From positions 1,440,001 to 1,504,000 of the forward strand of contig CAXXWC010000021.1 in the NCBI GenBank assembly GCA_963668645.2: a stretch of 64,000 nt of DNA, read 5' to 3'. Shown piece after piece: positions 33,732 through 43,929 of this stretch (position 1 is the stretch's first letter; each line of letters begins with the position of its first letter). Below the pieces are notes generated by a model. It was not told the DNA's origin. It saw nothing but the letters and a program-made list of their open reading frames with translations, and made no database searches. The stretch is from Desulfobacterales bacterium. GTDB taxonomy: Bacteria; Desulfobacterota; Desulfobacteria; Desulfobacterales; UBA2174. The position numbers and the translations under genes are program-made.

Positions 33732-34457
33732 TCATCGGCCCTTTTTCCTCCCTGCGACACTGGCCTGGTATCGTTTGTAGCTATTGACGATCTCCCTTAT
33801 GTGCGATCTCATTTCCTTTTCAGCCCGCTCAGGGTCACGCCGGGCAATCGCTTCACAAACAGCACGGTGATGACGCTGCGATTGTTTAACCAATCCTGGC
33901 AGCAGCTCAATATTTTCATCGATAAATTTTTCCATGTATTGGTGAATCGCAATTGCAGGATCGTTTAAGAAACGATTGGCGGAAGCTACGGCTATCAATT
34001 CATGAAACTTGTGATCCAATTTTTTATATTCTTCATAGTCTTCATTTTTCAAACAAAGTTCCATTTTCCCTACCATTTCAAAAAGCGACTGAATCTGTTC
34101 ATCCGTGGCTTTTTGAGCGACCAGCTTTACTGCACCGCATTCGATTATTTCTCGAGCCTCCAGCAATTCATAGGTTGCTTCTTCATTGGAAAGCAGGGGC
34201 AGGTCATCCTTTTTTTTATTTAATTCCGGAATATTACCACGAATAACCGTTCCATAGCCGGGTCGCTGTTCAATCACCCCCAACAGGTCCAAAATTTTCA
34301 TGGCCTCCCGCAACGATGTGCGGCTCACGCCAAGTTCCAGGGACAAATCATTTTGGTTGGGCAGCTTTTCTCCCAGCATCAATTGCCCGTTGGCAAGTCG
34401 ATTTCGGATCTCGTCGATCACCTTCTCCGGAAGCTTTTTCCTCTCGATCATAGCCAT
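33732..34457 (-). CDS. GntR/FadR family transcriptional regulator
   Basis: KLP..L..ELGVSRTSLREA..PGYGT; FCD domain. Confidence 0.92.
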   Translation of the reverse strand: MAMIERKKLPEKVIDEIRNRLANGQLMLGEKLPNQNDLSLELGVSRTSLREAMKILDLLGVIEQRPGYGTVIRGNIPELNKKKDDLPLLSNEEATYELLEAREIIECGAVKLVAQKATDEQIQSLFEMVGKMELCLKNEDYEEYKKLDHKFHELIAVASANRFLNDPAIAIHQYMEKFIDENIELLPGLVKQSQRHHRAVCEAIARRDPERAEKEMRSHIREIVNSYKRYQASVAGRKKGR

Positions 34458-35140
34458 ATCGATCTCCCTCCGATGCGTTTAGGAAGCAAATTCAAATACA
34501 AACGGCGATCGATCCCCAAAATACGCTTCGCCGCATTATGAACCCGGGCAGGCCTGGAAATTTCTTTCCGAAGGTTTGGACCTACAAGCACAGCCGCCGC
34601 CTGGGCACTAATCATTTTGCCGACAACACGACTTATCGGCCCGCGGCTGGGGGAATATGCCCCTTTCCCCACAGGCCAATGCATTCGCCATTGCGGTCGA
34701 CGGCTCCTGGAATTGCTCGCAGAAGCACAAGTATTATTATCATACAAAAATATTTTTTCAATTGTTTTTAATATGATCATACAAATCCAACTGCTCCCCG
34801 GAAAGGCCAACGAATCGAAAACAACTATCAATTCACCATATTTCTAAATAGTTAAACAAAGAGCTAACGACTCCGATTTATCACAGAACCTCACAACGAC
34901 GTATTGAGGTGCATGTGAAGATCTCCTTAGGGCACGGATGATCAAACGGGTGCCGGCCGGAGAATTTTCTTCCTATTCAGGACTTGATCAACCTGCAGGG
35001 CGTTATAGTGGGCAGCCGAGCGGATGTAGGTGGGTGCACCGAGGCTCCGGCGACATCGGCATGAAAAGGTGGCCGCCCAGCTTGTGGTTCCGGAGACTGA
35101 AAAGCCGGCAACCGCCCAGGGCGCACCAAAAGAATCATAT

Positions 35141-35980
35141 TCATCGCGGCGTAAGTGTCTTCTCGGCCGCGCAGGACCGGTAATACAAGGCCAACTCGCC
35201 CATCGCCTCCAATAAGAACATGCGTCCTTCTTCGATATAGACACTGACCGGCACTTTTCTGTCCCCCGCGACAACTTGATCGATGGCGCACAGATGAATG
35301 TCGATAATATCCTTGGGCGTTGCCTGCAACAGGCCAAGTCGCCCGGAAAAGGACTTTAATAATTTCGAATGCTCGCTATTTGTCTTGTAAGCCTGCTCGA
35401 TAACATATTTTTCGAACATCCGCATATACAGGCGAACCAGTTCGGTGAAACTCTCCTTGCTGACCTGCTGCAAGGACGGCCGGCTTGGGCCGAGCGGTTC
35501 GGGGCAGCCACCGAGTTGCACCATGGTTTTCAACTCTTGCAGTTCCTGCATGGCCCGCCGGGTCTTGTGATGCAGCTCCGCAAAAACGGCCACTTTTCTT
35601 TTCAGCAACTTTTCGTTAAAAGGTTTTATGATGTAGTCGGCGGCCTTCAGGTCGTAGCCTTTTAGCATATCATTAAGAGAGGTATATGCCGCGGTTATAA
35701 AAATGATGGGGATGTCCCCGGTTTTTTCGCGGTCTTGAATCAGCCTCGCGGTCTCGAAGCCATCCATTCCCGGCATTTGAACATCCAGCAGGATCGCTGA
35801 AAAATCCTGTTCCCTGAGCAGAATGGACAACGCTTCTCTACCGGAATTGGCCAGCACGCACTGATAGCCCGGCTCATCGAGGATCGCGGTCAGCGCCAGC
35901 AGGTTTTCCGGGTGGTCGTCTACGAGCAAAAGTTTGGTGGCGTATGTTGTTTCTATTTGCCGGCTCATAGTACTATGCAA
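35141..35980 (-). CDS. Response regulator: REC domain + putative KaiA-like C-terminal helical domain (KaiA3-like)
   Basis: REC with VDD, LLDVQMP, T, KP intact; C-terminus PKDIIDIH...EEGRMFLLEAMGELALYYRS; alternative start 35968. Confidence 0.75.
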   Translation of the reverse strand: MHSTMSRQIETTYATKLLLVDDHPENLLALTAILDEPGYQCVLANSGREALSILLREQDFSAILLDVQMPGMDGFETARLIQDREKTGDIPIIFITAAYTSLNDMLKGYDLKAADYIIKPFNEKLLKRKVAVFAELHHKTRRAMQELQELKTMVQLGGCPEPLGPSRPSLQQVSKESFTELVRLYMRMFEKYVIEQAYKTNSEHSKLLKSFSGRLGLLQATPKDIIDIHLCAIDQVVAGDRKVPVSVYIEEGRMFLLEAMGELALYYRSCAAEKTLTPR

Positions 35981-36842
35981 TTTTTCGATAGACGGACAGA
36001 TTCCTGTCTATGGCTTCGTAACGATCCGCGTAAGGGGACAAACGCAGGTTTTCCCTGCTGCCGAGCACCAGGATGCCTTGCAGCTCAAGACTGTCGTACA
36101 GGACTGCATGCACACGTCTGGTCAGCACCTCGTCGAAGTAAATCATGACATTGCGACACAAAATCAGATTAAAGACGTTAAATGACGAATCCGTGATCAG
36201 GTTGTGGTGGGCGAAGGTGATATTTTCCTTTAGGCGGCCATCAAAGGCTGCGGCGCCGAAACGGGCGACATAGTATTTTGCAAAGACATCGGCGCCCCCG
36301 GCTGCCCGATAGTTTTCCGTGTATTGCTGCATCTGGCCCAGTGCAAAGATGCCTTCGCGGGCCTTTTGCAGCGACTCGTCATTGATGTCCGTTGCGTAGA
36401 TGCGAGCACGCTTGTAGAGTTCCAGTTCTGTCAAAATGATCGCTATGGCGTAGACCTCTTCGCCGCTGGAGACGCCGACATGCCAGATGCGCAGGAAGGG
36501 GTAGCTTGCCATAGGGGGCAGAACGCGCTCTCTCAGCAGCACGAACACTTTCGGATCGCGGAACATTTCGGTGTAAGTAACCGTGATCTGGCGGATGAGC
36601 TTCTTTGCCCAATGCTTGTCATGCAAGGCGTACGCCTGCAGCTGCGAGATGGAACTCAACTGCTCATCTTGTATCAGCTTCAATATGCGCCGCCGCAACG
36701 ATGCACGGGCATAATGGCGAAAATCATAGCCATAACGCAGATAGAGCCCCTCAGTGAGCAGGTCCAACTCGATCTCATCGACAGGCTGACTGGTGTCAGG
36801 CAACCCCCGGGGTAGCCGTTGATGATTTTTCTCACTTGGCAT
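35973..36842 (-). CDS. cheR: Protein-glutamate O-methyltransferase CheR
   Basis: [37 protein letters not shown]. Confidence 0.93.
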   Translation of the reverse strand: MPSEKNHQRLPRGLPDTSQPVDEIELDLLTEGLYLRYGYDFRHYARASLRRRILKLIQDEQLSSISQLQAYALHDKHWAKKLIRQITVTYTEMFRDPKVFVLLRERVLPPMASYPFLRIWHVGVSSGEEVYAIAIILTELELYKRARIYATDINDESLQKAREGIFALGQMQQYTENYRAAGGADVFAKYYVARFGAAAFDGRLKENITFAHHNLITDSSFNVFNLILCRNVMIYFDEVLTRRVHAVLYDSLELQGILVLGSRENLRLSPYADRYEAIDRNLSVYRKIA

Positions 36843-39800
36843 AGAGCCAGACGCGCAGCAATGACAGCAATTGTTCTTTGTCGATCGGCTTGGCCAGATA
36901 GTCCGACGCGCCGGCGTCGATGCAAGCCCCCCGGTCGGAGGGCATGGCCTTCGCGGTGACGGCGATAATCGGCAGTTTCTTGAACTGCTCTAGCTTGCGA
37001 ATCTCCCGGGTCGCCTCCAGCCCATCCATACCCGGCATCATGATGTCCATGAGCACGACATCCACGCCCTTTTTTGATTTGAGCAAATCGATGCCGTCCC
37101 GGGCATTCTCGGCACTCAACACATTCATGCCGCTTTGCTCCAAAATGGTGCTGAGACTGAAGACATTGCGCACATCATCGTCAATAATCAACACCGTTTT
37201 ACCTTGCAGGGTGTCATCCTGCTGTTCCTTAAGTTTTTTTAACATTTCCTGCTTGGATCGGTCCATTCTTTCAACGCTGCGGTGCAGGAACAGGGATGTT
37301 TCCGCCAGCAGGCGTTCATGTGAGTTCACCCCCTTGATGATCAGGTTGTCACTGAATTTTCTCAGTGCCAGTTCTTCCTTTTCCGTCAATTCCTTGCCGG
37401 TATAGACAATGATGGGAAGATTGACCAAGTGCCCCTCTTCATGCAACTGCCGAAGCAATTCAAACCCCGTCATGTCCGGAAGCCCGACATCCAGCACCAC
37501 GGCATCGATTTGGTTCTGCGCGATCTGCTGTTTGGCTTCTTCGCCGGTGCCCACGGCGATTGTGTGGACGTCCTTGTTGCCGATCAACTCGACCAGGGCC
37601 TGGCGCTCTGTCTCGTCATCCTCGACGATCAACAGGTTGCGCATCCCTCGTCCGTGAAAATGCACCAGACGTTCAAAAACCTCGCCTAGCGCCTCCAGAC
37701 TGGCCGGTTTGCGCAAATAGCCGATGGCGCCGAGATTCAGACCGCGCTGTTGTTCGTCTTCCACCGAAAGAATATGTACCGGGATGTTGAGTGTTTTCGG
37801 ATCCCGTTTCAGGTGGTCCAACACGGCCCAACCACTCATCGCCGGCAGTTGCAGGTCCAGGAGGATGGCCATGGGGTGGTATTTGCGCGCCATGGCGAGT
37901 CCGACATCTCCACTGGTGGCGACGAGGGCCTTCAGGCCGCGCGCGTGCGCCATGTCCCTGACGATCTTGGCGAAACTGATGTCGTCTTCCACAATCAAAG
38001 CGATGATGTCGCCTTCTTCGATCCGGTTGCGATCATCTTCAATCTCAACATACTGGGGGCCTTGCAAAGTCAACGCTTCATCGCTGCCCGCATCCGAAAC
38101 TGAGGCCCTGAAGATTGCCATGTCCTTTGCGCCAGCGTTTTTCGGTTCAGGACGCACGGCCGGTTTGCCCATCGGCGACGCATCGTGGTCAACGGGCAGA
38201 TAGAGCGTAAACACGCTGCCGTTGCCGGGCGCGCTTTCCAGCCTGATCTCGCCTTCCAGCAACCGGGCGATCTCACGGCTGATGGAGAGCCCCAGGCCGG
38301 TGCCGCCGTATTTTCTTGCAGTAGAGCCATCGGCCTGCTGAAAGGCCTCGAAAATCACCTTCTGCTTGTCTTGCGGGATGCCGATGCCGGTGTCTGCCAC
38401 CCTGAAAGCAACCACCCGTGCTGCTCTGCTCAGCGCCTCCTGATCAAAACTCCAGCCGGAACGAACGCTTGTGATTGCCAAGGTGACCTTGCCCCTGTCG
38501 GTAAATTTGAAAGCGTTGGATAACAGGTTTTTCAGAATCTGCTCCAGCCGTTTCCGATCCGTGTTGATGCTTGGCGGCAATGCGTCATCCAGGGTCACTT
38601 CGTATTGCAGACCCTTTTCTTTGGCCACCGGCGCAAAATTGCGCTTCATGTTGTCCAGCGTCATTTTCAAGGAAGTCTGCTCCCGTTCAAGCGATATCTT
38701 GCCCGACTCGATCTTGGACAGGTCCAGAATCTCGTTGATCAGCACGAGCAGGTCGGAACCCGAAGCGTGAATGGTGTCGGCAAACTCCACCTGCTTTTCC
38801 GTCAGATTGTGATCCTTGTTTTCCGCCAGCAATTGCGACAAAATCAGCAGACTGTTCAACGGGGTGCGCAGTTCGTGGGACATGTTGGCGAGAAATTCGG
38901 ACTTGTACTTCGAGGAAAGCGCCAGTTGTTCCGCCTTGTCCATCAGTTCCAGGCGCGCCTTTTCGACTTCCCTGTTCTTGACTTCAACCTCGCGCTTTTG
39001 CTCTTCCAGCAAACGGGCCTTGTCCTCGAGTTCCTCATTGGTCTGGCGCAATTCCTCCTGCGCGCTTTGCAGCTCCTCGGTCTGGCCCTGCGACTGGCGC
39101 AGCAGGTCCTCGGTGCGTTGCGTCGCCTGGATGTTGTTCATATTGATGGCGATACTCTCGGCGAGCTGATCCAGGAAACTGATCTGGATTTCGTTGAAAC
39201 GACTGAACGAGGCCAGTTCGATCACGGCCAGGACCTCGTTTTCGTAACAGATGGGCAAAAGCACGATATTCAGTGGAGTGGCCTCCCCCAGGCCCGAGTT
39301 GATCTTGATATAGTCCCCGGGGGCCTCGGTGATGAGGATGCGTTGCCTCTCATCGGCGGCCTGTCCCACCAGTCCCTCACCGATTGCGAAGCGATCCGAC
39401 AGGTGCTTGCGCTGTTTGTAGCCGTAGCTGGAAAACAGCCGCAGTTGCGGCTCCTGATGGTCCTTTTCCATCAAATAGAACACGCCATGCTGCATATTGA
39501 CCACGCCTGCCAGCTCTTTGAGCACCTTCTCGGCTGCCAGCTTGAGATTCTTTTCTCCTTGCAGCATGCGGGTGAAGTTTGTCAGATTGGTTTTGAGCCA
39601 ATCCTGCTCCTGGTTGACCTGGGTGGTTTGCGCCAGTGTGGTGATCATCTCATTGACGTTGTCCTTGAGGGTGGCCACCTCGCCGCGCGCCTCGACACTG
39701 ATGCTGCGCGACAGATCTCCCTTTGTGACCGCCGTGGAAACCTCGGCGATGGCGCGCACCTGAGTGGTCAGGTTATTGGCCAGTTCGTTGACGTTGGCCG

Positions 39801-42800
39801 TCAGATCCGCCCACACGCCCTGAGCCCCGGGCACCTTGGCCTGCCCGCCAAGGCGACCGTCCACGCCCACCTCACGCGCCACGCTGCTCACCTGATCGGC
39901 GAATATCGCCAGGGTATCGATCATTTCGTTCATGGTTTCGGCCAGCCCGGCAATCTCGCCGCGCGCCGTCACCGTCAGTTTCTTGCGCAGGTTGCCGGCG
40001 GCCACCGCGTTGACCACGTGGATGATGCCGCGTACCTGGTCGGTAAGGTTGGAAGCCATCTGGTTGACGTTGTCGGTCAGTTCGCGCCAGGTGCCGGAAA
40101 CCCCTTTGACGGCGGCCTGGCCGCCCAGCTTCCCATCGGTACCCACCTCGCGCGCCACCCGGGTCACCTCCGAGGCGAAGGTCGATAGCTGGTCCACCAT
40201 GATGTTGATGGTTTCTTTCAGTTTTAAAATTTCGCCGGCCGCCTCCACCGTAATCTTGCGGCTCAGGTCACCCTGGGCCACCGCGGTGGTCACCTCGGCG
40301 ATGTTGCGCATCTGGTCGGTGAGATTGGCGGCCATCTGGTTCACGTTGTCGGTCAGGTCCTTCCAGACGCCGGCCACCCCCGGCACGACGCCTCGGCCGC
40401 CCAGCTTGCCATCGTTGCCCACCTCGCGCGCCACCCGGGTTACCTCCGAGGCGAAAATCGACAACTGGCTCACCATATCGTTGAGGGTGTTCTTCATCTC
40501 CAGGATCCCGCCCCTGGCATCCGCGGTAATCCGTTGGGACAGGTCGCCGCGCGCCAGGGCCGACGCCACCTCGGCGATGCTGCGCACCTGGCCGGTCAGA
40601 TTGGCGGCCATCTGGTTGACGTTGTCGGTCAGGTCCTTCCAGATGCCCGAAACCCCTTCCACCCGGGCCTGCCCCCCCAGCTTGCCATCGGTGCCCACCT
40701 CGCGCGAGACGCGGGTCACCTCCGAGGCGAAGGTCGATAGCTGATCGACCATGATGTTGATAGTTTCTTTCAGTTTTAAAATTTCGCCGGCCGCCTCCAC
40801 CGTGATCTTGCGGCTCAGGTCACCCTGGGCCACCGCGGTGGTCACCTCGGCGATGTTGCGCACCTGGCCGGTGAGGTTGGAGGCCATCAGGTTGACGTTG
40901 TCGGTCAGGTCTTTCCAGGTGCCCGAGACCCCCTCCACCTTGCCCTGGCCACCCAGCTTGCCATCGGTACCCACCTCACGCGCCACCCGGGTCACCTCCG
41001 AGGCGAAGGCCGACAACTGTTGCACCATGGTGTTGATCGTGTTCTTCAGATCCAGGATCTCGCCCTGGGCCTCGATGGTGATTTCGCGGTTCAGGTCACC
41101 CTGGGCCACCGCGGTGGTCACCTCGGCGATGCTGCGCACCTGGCCGGTCAGATTGGCGGCCATCAGGTTCACGTTGTCGGTCAGGTCTTTCCAGATGCCC
41201 AGGACCCCTTCCACCCGGGCCTGGCCACCCAACTTGCCATCGGTGCCCACCTCGCGCGCCACCCGGGTCACCTCCGAGGCGAAGGTCGACAACTGTCGCA
41301 CCATGGTGTTGATCGTGTTTTTCAGGTCCTGAATTTCGCCCTGGGCCTCGGTGGTAATCTCACGGCTCAGGTCACCCTGGGCCACCGCGGCGGCCACCTC
41401 GGCGATGCTGCGCACCTGGCCGGTCAGATTGGCGGCCATCAGGTTCACGTTGTCGGTCAGGTCCTTCCAGATGCCGGCAACCCCTTCCACCGTGGCCTGC
41501 CCACCCAGCTTGCCCTCGGTGCCCACCTCGCGCGAGACGCGGGTCACCTCAGCGGCGAAGGTCGATAGCTGATCGACCATGATGTTGATGGTTTCTTTCA
41601 GTTTTAAAATTTCGCCGGCCGCCTCCACCGTGATCTTGCGGCTCAGGTCACCCTGGGCCACCGCGGTGGTCACCTCGGCGATGTTGCGCACCTGGCCGGT
41701 GAGGTTGGAGGCCATCAGGTTGACGTTGTCGGTCAGGTCTTTCCAGGTGCCCGAGACCCCCTCCACTTTGCCCTGGCCACCCAGCTTGCCCTCGGTACCC
41801 ACCTCGCGCGCCACCCGGGTCACCTCGGCGGCGAAGGCCGACAACTGTTGTACCATGGTGTTGATCGTGTTCTTCAGATCCAGGATCTCGCCCTGGGCCT
41901 CGATGGTGATTTCGCGGCTCAGGTCACCCTGGGCCACCGCGGTGGTCACCTCGGCGATGCTGCGCACCTGGCCGGTCAGATTGGCAGCCATCTGGTTCAC
42001 GTTGTCGGTCAGGTCTTTCCAGGTGCCCGAGACCCCCTCCACCCTGCCCTGGCCACCCAGCTTGCCCTCGGTGCCCACCTCGCGCGCCACCCGGGTCACC
42101 TCCGAGGCGAAGGCCGACAACTGTTGCACCATGGTGTTGATGGTGTTCTTCAGGTCCTGGATCTCGCCCTGGGCCTCGATGGTGATTTCGTGGCTCAGGT
42201 CACCCTGGGCCACCGCGGTGGTCACCTCGGCGATGCTGCGTACCTGATCGGTCAGATTAGCGGCCATCTGGTTGACGTTATCTGTCAGATCCTTCCAGAT
42301 GCCGGAAAACCCTTCCACCCTGGCCTGGCCGCCCAGCTTGCCCTCGGTGCCCACCTCGCGCGAGACGCGGATGACCTCCTTGGCGAAATTTTGCAGTTGA
42401 TCCAGCATGATATTAATGGTGTTGGCCATCCCCAGAAACTGCCCCCTGAGTGGCCGTCCATTCAGTTCAAGCTCGACCTTTTGATTGAGGTTACCCTCGA
42501 CCACGGATCCGATGATGTGTGCGACCTCGTTGATGGGCTGAACCAGATCGCCGATCAGTTGATTCAACGTGTCCACGTTATCGGCCCACGTGCCGTTAAG
42601 ACCTTTCTTCTTGAGCCGGTATCCGGTATTGCCCTCGTGCACGACCGTACGGGTGGCAACGTTGATCTCCTTGTTGAGCGCCGTGGCCAGCTCCATGATT
42701 TCGTCAAGCGCACCGACGATTTCACCATCGATACCGGTCAAGTTGTCAGGCAATTGAAATGTGAATCTGCCTTTGGCGATATTGCGCAAGGCGGCAAGGA

Positions 42801-42846
42801 TTTCTCTTTTATTCAGAGTAACCTTCTGGTTTGTATTGGCACTCAT
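36832..42846 (-). CDS. Cytoplasmic poly-HAMP + GAF hybrid histidine kinase with three receiver domains (2004 aa)
   Basis: Ten 92-aa HAMP-type repeats, GAF, H-box [32 protein letters not shown], 3 REC (LLDL, VLDV, LMDI); no TM segment seen. Confidence 0.95.
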   Translation of the reverse strand: MSANTNQKVTLNKREILAALRNIAKGRFTFQLPDNLTGIDGEIVGALDEIMELATALNKEINVATRTVVHEGNTGYRLKKKGLNGTWADNVDTLNQLIGDLVQPINEVAHIIGSVVEGNLNQKVELELNGRPLRGQFLGMANTINIMLDQLQNFAKEVIRVSREVGTEGKLGGQARVEGFSGIWKDLTDNVNQMAANLTDQVRSIAEVTTAVAQGDLSHEITIEAQGEIQDLKNTINTMVQQLSAFASEVTRVAREVGTEGKLGGQGRVEGVSGTWKDLTDNVNQMAANLTGQVRSIAEVTTAVAQGDLSREITIEAQGEILDLKNTINTMVQQLSAFAAEVTRVAREVGTEGKLGGQGKVEGVSGTWKDLTDNVNLMASNLTGQVRNIAEVTTAVAQGDLSRKITVEAAGEILKLKETINIMVDQLSTFAAEVTRVSREVGTEGKLGGQATVEGVAGIWKDLTDNVNLMAANLTGQVRSIAEVAAAVAQGDLSREITTEAQGEIQDLKNTINTMVRQLSTFASEVTRVAREVGTDGKLGGQARVEGVLGIWKDLTDNVNLMAANLTGQVRSIAEVTTAVAQGDLNREITIEAQGEILDLKNTINTMVQQLSAFASEVTRVAREVGTDGKLGGQGKVEGVSGTWKDLTDNVNLMASNLTGQVRNIAEVTTAVAQGDLSRKITVEAAGEILKLKETINIMVDQLSTFASEVTRVSREVGTDGKLGGQARVEGVSGIWKDLTDNVNQMAANLTGQVRSIAEVASALARGDLSQRITADARGGILEMKNTLNDMVSQLSIFASEVTRVAREVGNDGKLGGRGVVPGVAGVWKDLTDNVNQMAANLTDQMRNIAEVTTAVAQGDLSRKITVEAAGEILKLKETINIMVDQLSTFASEVTRVAREVGTDGKLGGQAAVKGVSGTWRELTDNVNQMASNLTDQVRGIIHVVNAVAAGNLRKKLTVTARGEIAGLAETMNEMIDTLAIFADQVSSVAREVGVDGRLGGQAKVPGAQGVWADLTANVNELANNLTTQVRAIAEVSTAVTKGDLSRSISVEARGEVATLKDNVNEMITTLAQTTQVNQEQDWLKTNLTNFTRMLQGEKNLKLAAEKVLKELAGVVNMQHGVFYLMEKDHQEPQLRLFSSYGYKQRKHLSDRFAIGEGLVGQAADERQRILITEAPGDYIKINSGLGEATPLNIVLLPICYENEVLAVIELASFSRFNEIQISFLDQLAESIAINMNNIQATQRTEDLLRQSQGQTEELQSAQEELRQTNEELEDKARLLEEQKREVEVKNREVEKARLELMDKAEQLALSSKYKSEFLANMSHELRTPLNSLLILSQLLAENKDHNLTEKQVEFADTIHASGSDLLVLINEILDLSKIESGKISLEREQTSLKMTLDNMKRNFAPVAKEKGLQYEVTLDDALPPSINTDRKRLEQILKNLLSNAFKFTDRGKVTLAITSVRSGWSFDQEALSRAARVVAFRVADTGIGIPQDKQKVIFEAFQQADGSTARKYGGTGLGLSISREIARLLEGEIRLESAPGNGSVFTLYLPVDHDASPMGKPAVRPEPKNAGAKDMAIFRASVSDAGSDEALTLQGPQYVEIEDDRNRIEEGDIIALIVEDDISFAKIVRDMAHARGLKALVATSGDVGLAMARKYHPMAILLDLQLPAMSGWAVLDHLKRDPKTLNIPVHILSVEDEQQRGLNLGAIGYLRKPASLEALGEVFERLVHFHGRGMRNLLIVEDDETERQALVELIGNKDVHTIAVGTGEEAKQQIAQNQIDAVVLDVGLPDMTGFELLRQLHEEGHLVNLPIIVYTGKELTEKEELALRKFSDNLIIKGVNSHERLLAETSLFLHRSVERMDRSKQEMLKKLKEQQDDTLQGKTVLIIDDDVRNVFSLSTILEQSGMNVLSAENARDGIDLLKSKKGVDVVLMDIMMPGMDGLEATREIRKLEQFKKLPIIAVTAKAMPSDRGACIDAGASDYLAKPIDKEQLLSLLRVWLYAK
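39630..42390 (-). repeat. Intragenic tandem array of about ten 276-bp repeats encoding HAMP units
   Basis: EV(T/I/S)xVxREVGxxG(K/R)LGG recurs 10 times every 92 aa; identical DNA block TTTCTTTCAGTTTTAAAATTTCGCCGGCCGCCTCCACCG near 40212, 40764 and 41592. Confidence 0.95.
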
Positions 42847-42891
42847 CTGGAACCGTCCTTTTATCCGTGATTAAATTGCCGTGGTGCCCGG

Positions 42892-43929
42892 TCACGGTAC
42901 AGGCTTGTCGCCTGCACAAGGCTGCGCATTATGCAGGCGCGAAATTGAAGCGCCCCGGCTTCGGCCGTTTTTGATTCCCCCGTTGTCCCAACACCAAACA
43001 CAGTTGCGCCCGCTCTCTTTTGCGGCATACAAAGCGGCATCGGCTGCCGAAACGAGCTCGGATGGCGCCCGCATACAGCGTGAATAACCGGCGACACCGA
43101 GACTGATGGTGACACCGATCGACGTCCCCTCACCGACATTGAAATTTTGTGCCGCAACGGATTTGCGTAAACGTTCCGCAATCTTCAGCGCATCCACCGC
43201 TCGCGTTTCCGGCATGAGGATTGATATTTCTTCGCCCCCATAGCGACATATCCGGTCCGTTTCGCGGGCCTGTTTCATGAGCAGTTGGCTCAATCCGTGC
43301 AATATGGCGTCTCCGGCTTGATGCCCGTAGGTATCGTTGACTTTCTTGAACAGATCGATGTCCAGCATAAACAACGACAGCGGATGGTGATGCCGTTTTG
43401 TACGCCGCCACTCGTACTGAAGAAAATCGTAAAAAGCGCGGTAATTGTACAGCCCGGTAAGCTCGTCGTGGGTAGCGAGTTCTTCCAGCTTCAGTTGCAG
43501 GCGCTTTCGTGCGCTAACATCGCGCAATGAGACGAAGAATACGTTTTCACCATACCAGTTGCCCGAAATAGCACGCATTTCGACGACACATTCACGGCCA
43601 TCAGGGCGCACCACGCAAATCTCCGGATCTGTCTGATCTGTAACCGGGTAGCCTAGGGGATAACCGATGAGCTGTTCAGGTGAACGCTGGAAAAGTCCGC
43701 ATGCCGCCGCGTTGACGTAACGGACTACGCCATCCCTGTTGAGCACCAAGATGCCATCTCTCAACATCTCGAGCATTACCTGCAGATTATCGCGTTCGAC
43801 GCTAACGGTCTCGAGTTCCCTGACTATGCGGTCATAACGCGCGCCGGGTATCAAGACGCACTGATCCTTTTCGGTCAGGCAGTCTTTAGGCCAAGGAGGC
43901 ATCGTCGTTCCCCGTATCAATCGATTCAA
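42892..43929 (-). CDS. PAS-domain diguanylate cyclase
   Basis: PAS, HDELTGLYN, DIDLFKKVNDTYGHQAGD, I-site RETD, RYGGEEI, ADAALYAAKESGRN; ATGA overlap with the kaiC stop. Confidence 0.92.
   Translation of the reverse strand: MNRLIRGTTMPPWPKDCLTEKDQCVLIPGARYDRIVRELETVSVERDNLQVMLEMLRDGILVLNRDGVVRYVNAAACGLFQRSPEQLIGYPLGYPVTDQTDPEICVVRPDGRECVVEMRAISGNWYGENVFFVSLRDVSARKRLQLKLEELATHDELTGLYNYRAFYDFLQYEWRRTKRHHHPLSLFMLDIDLFKKVNDTYGHQAGDAILHGLSQLLMKQARETDRICRYGGEEISILMPETRAVDALKIAERLRKSVAAQNFNVGEGTSIGVTISLGVAGYSRCMRAPSELVSAADAALYAAKESGRNCVWCWDNGGIKNGRSRGASISRLHNAQPCAGDKPVP

Noticed and set aside
34458..35140. Small ORFs and an imperfect inverted repeat (about 34881-34918) between gntR and the kai locus
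   Set aside because: No family motif or RBS support; could be a terminator or junction remnant but cannot be supported
39630..42390. CRISPR array or non-coding tandem repeat
   Set aside because: Units are 276 bp, in frame and without unique spacers; they encode HAMP domains, and no cas genes are present
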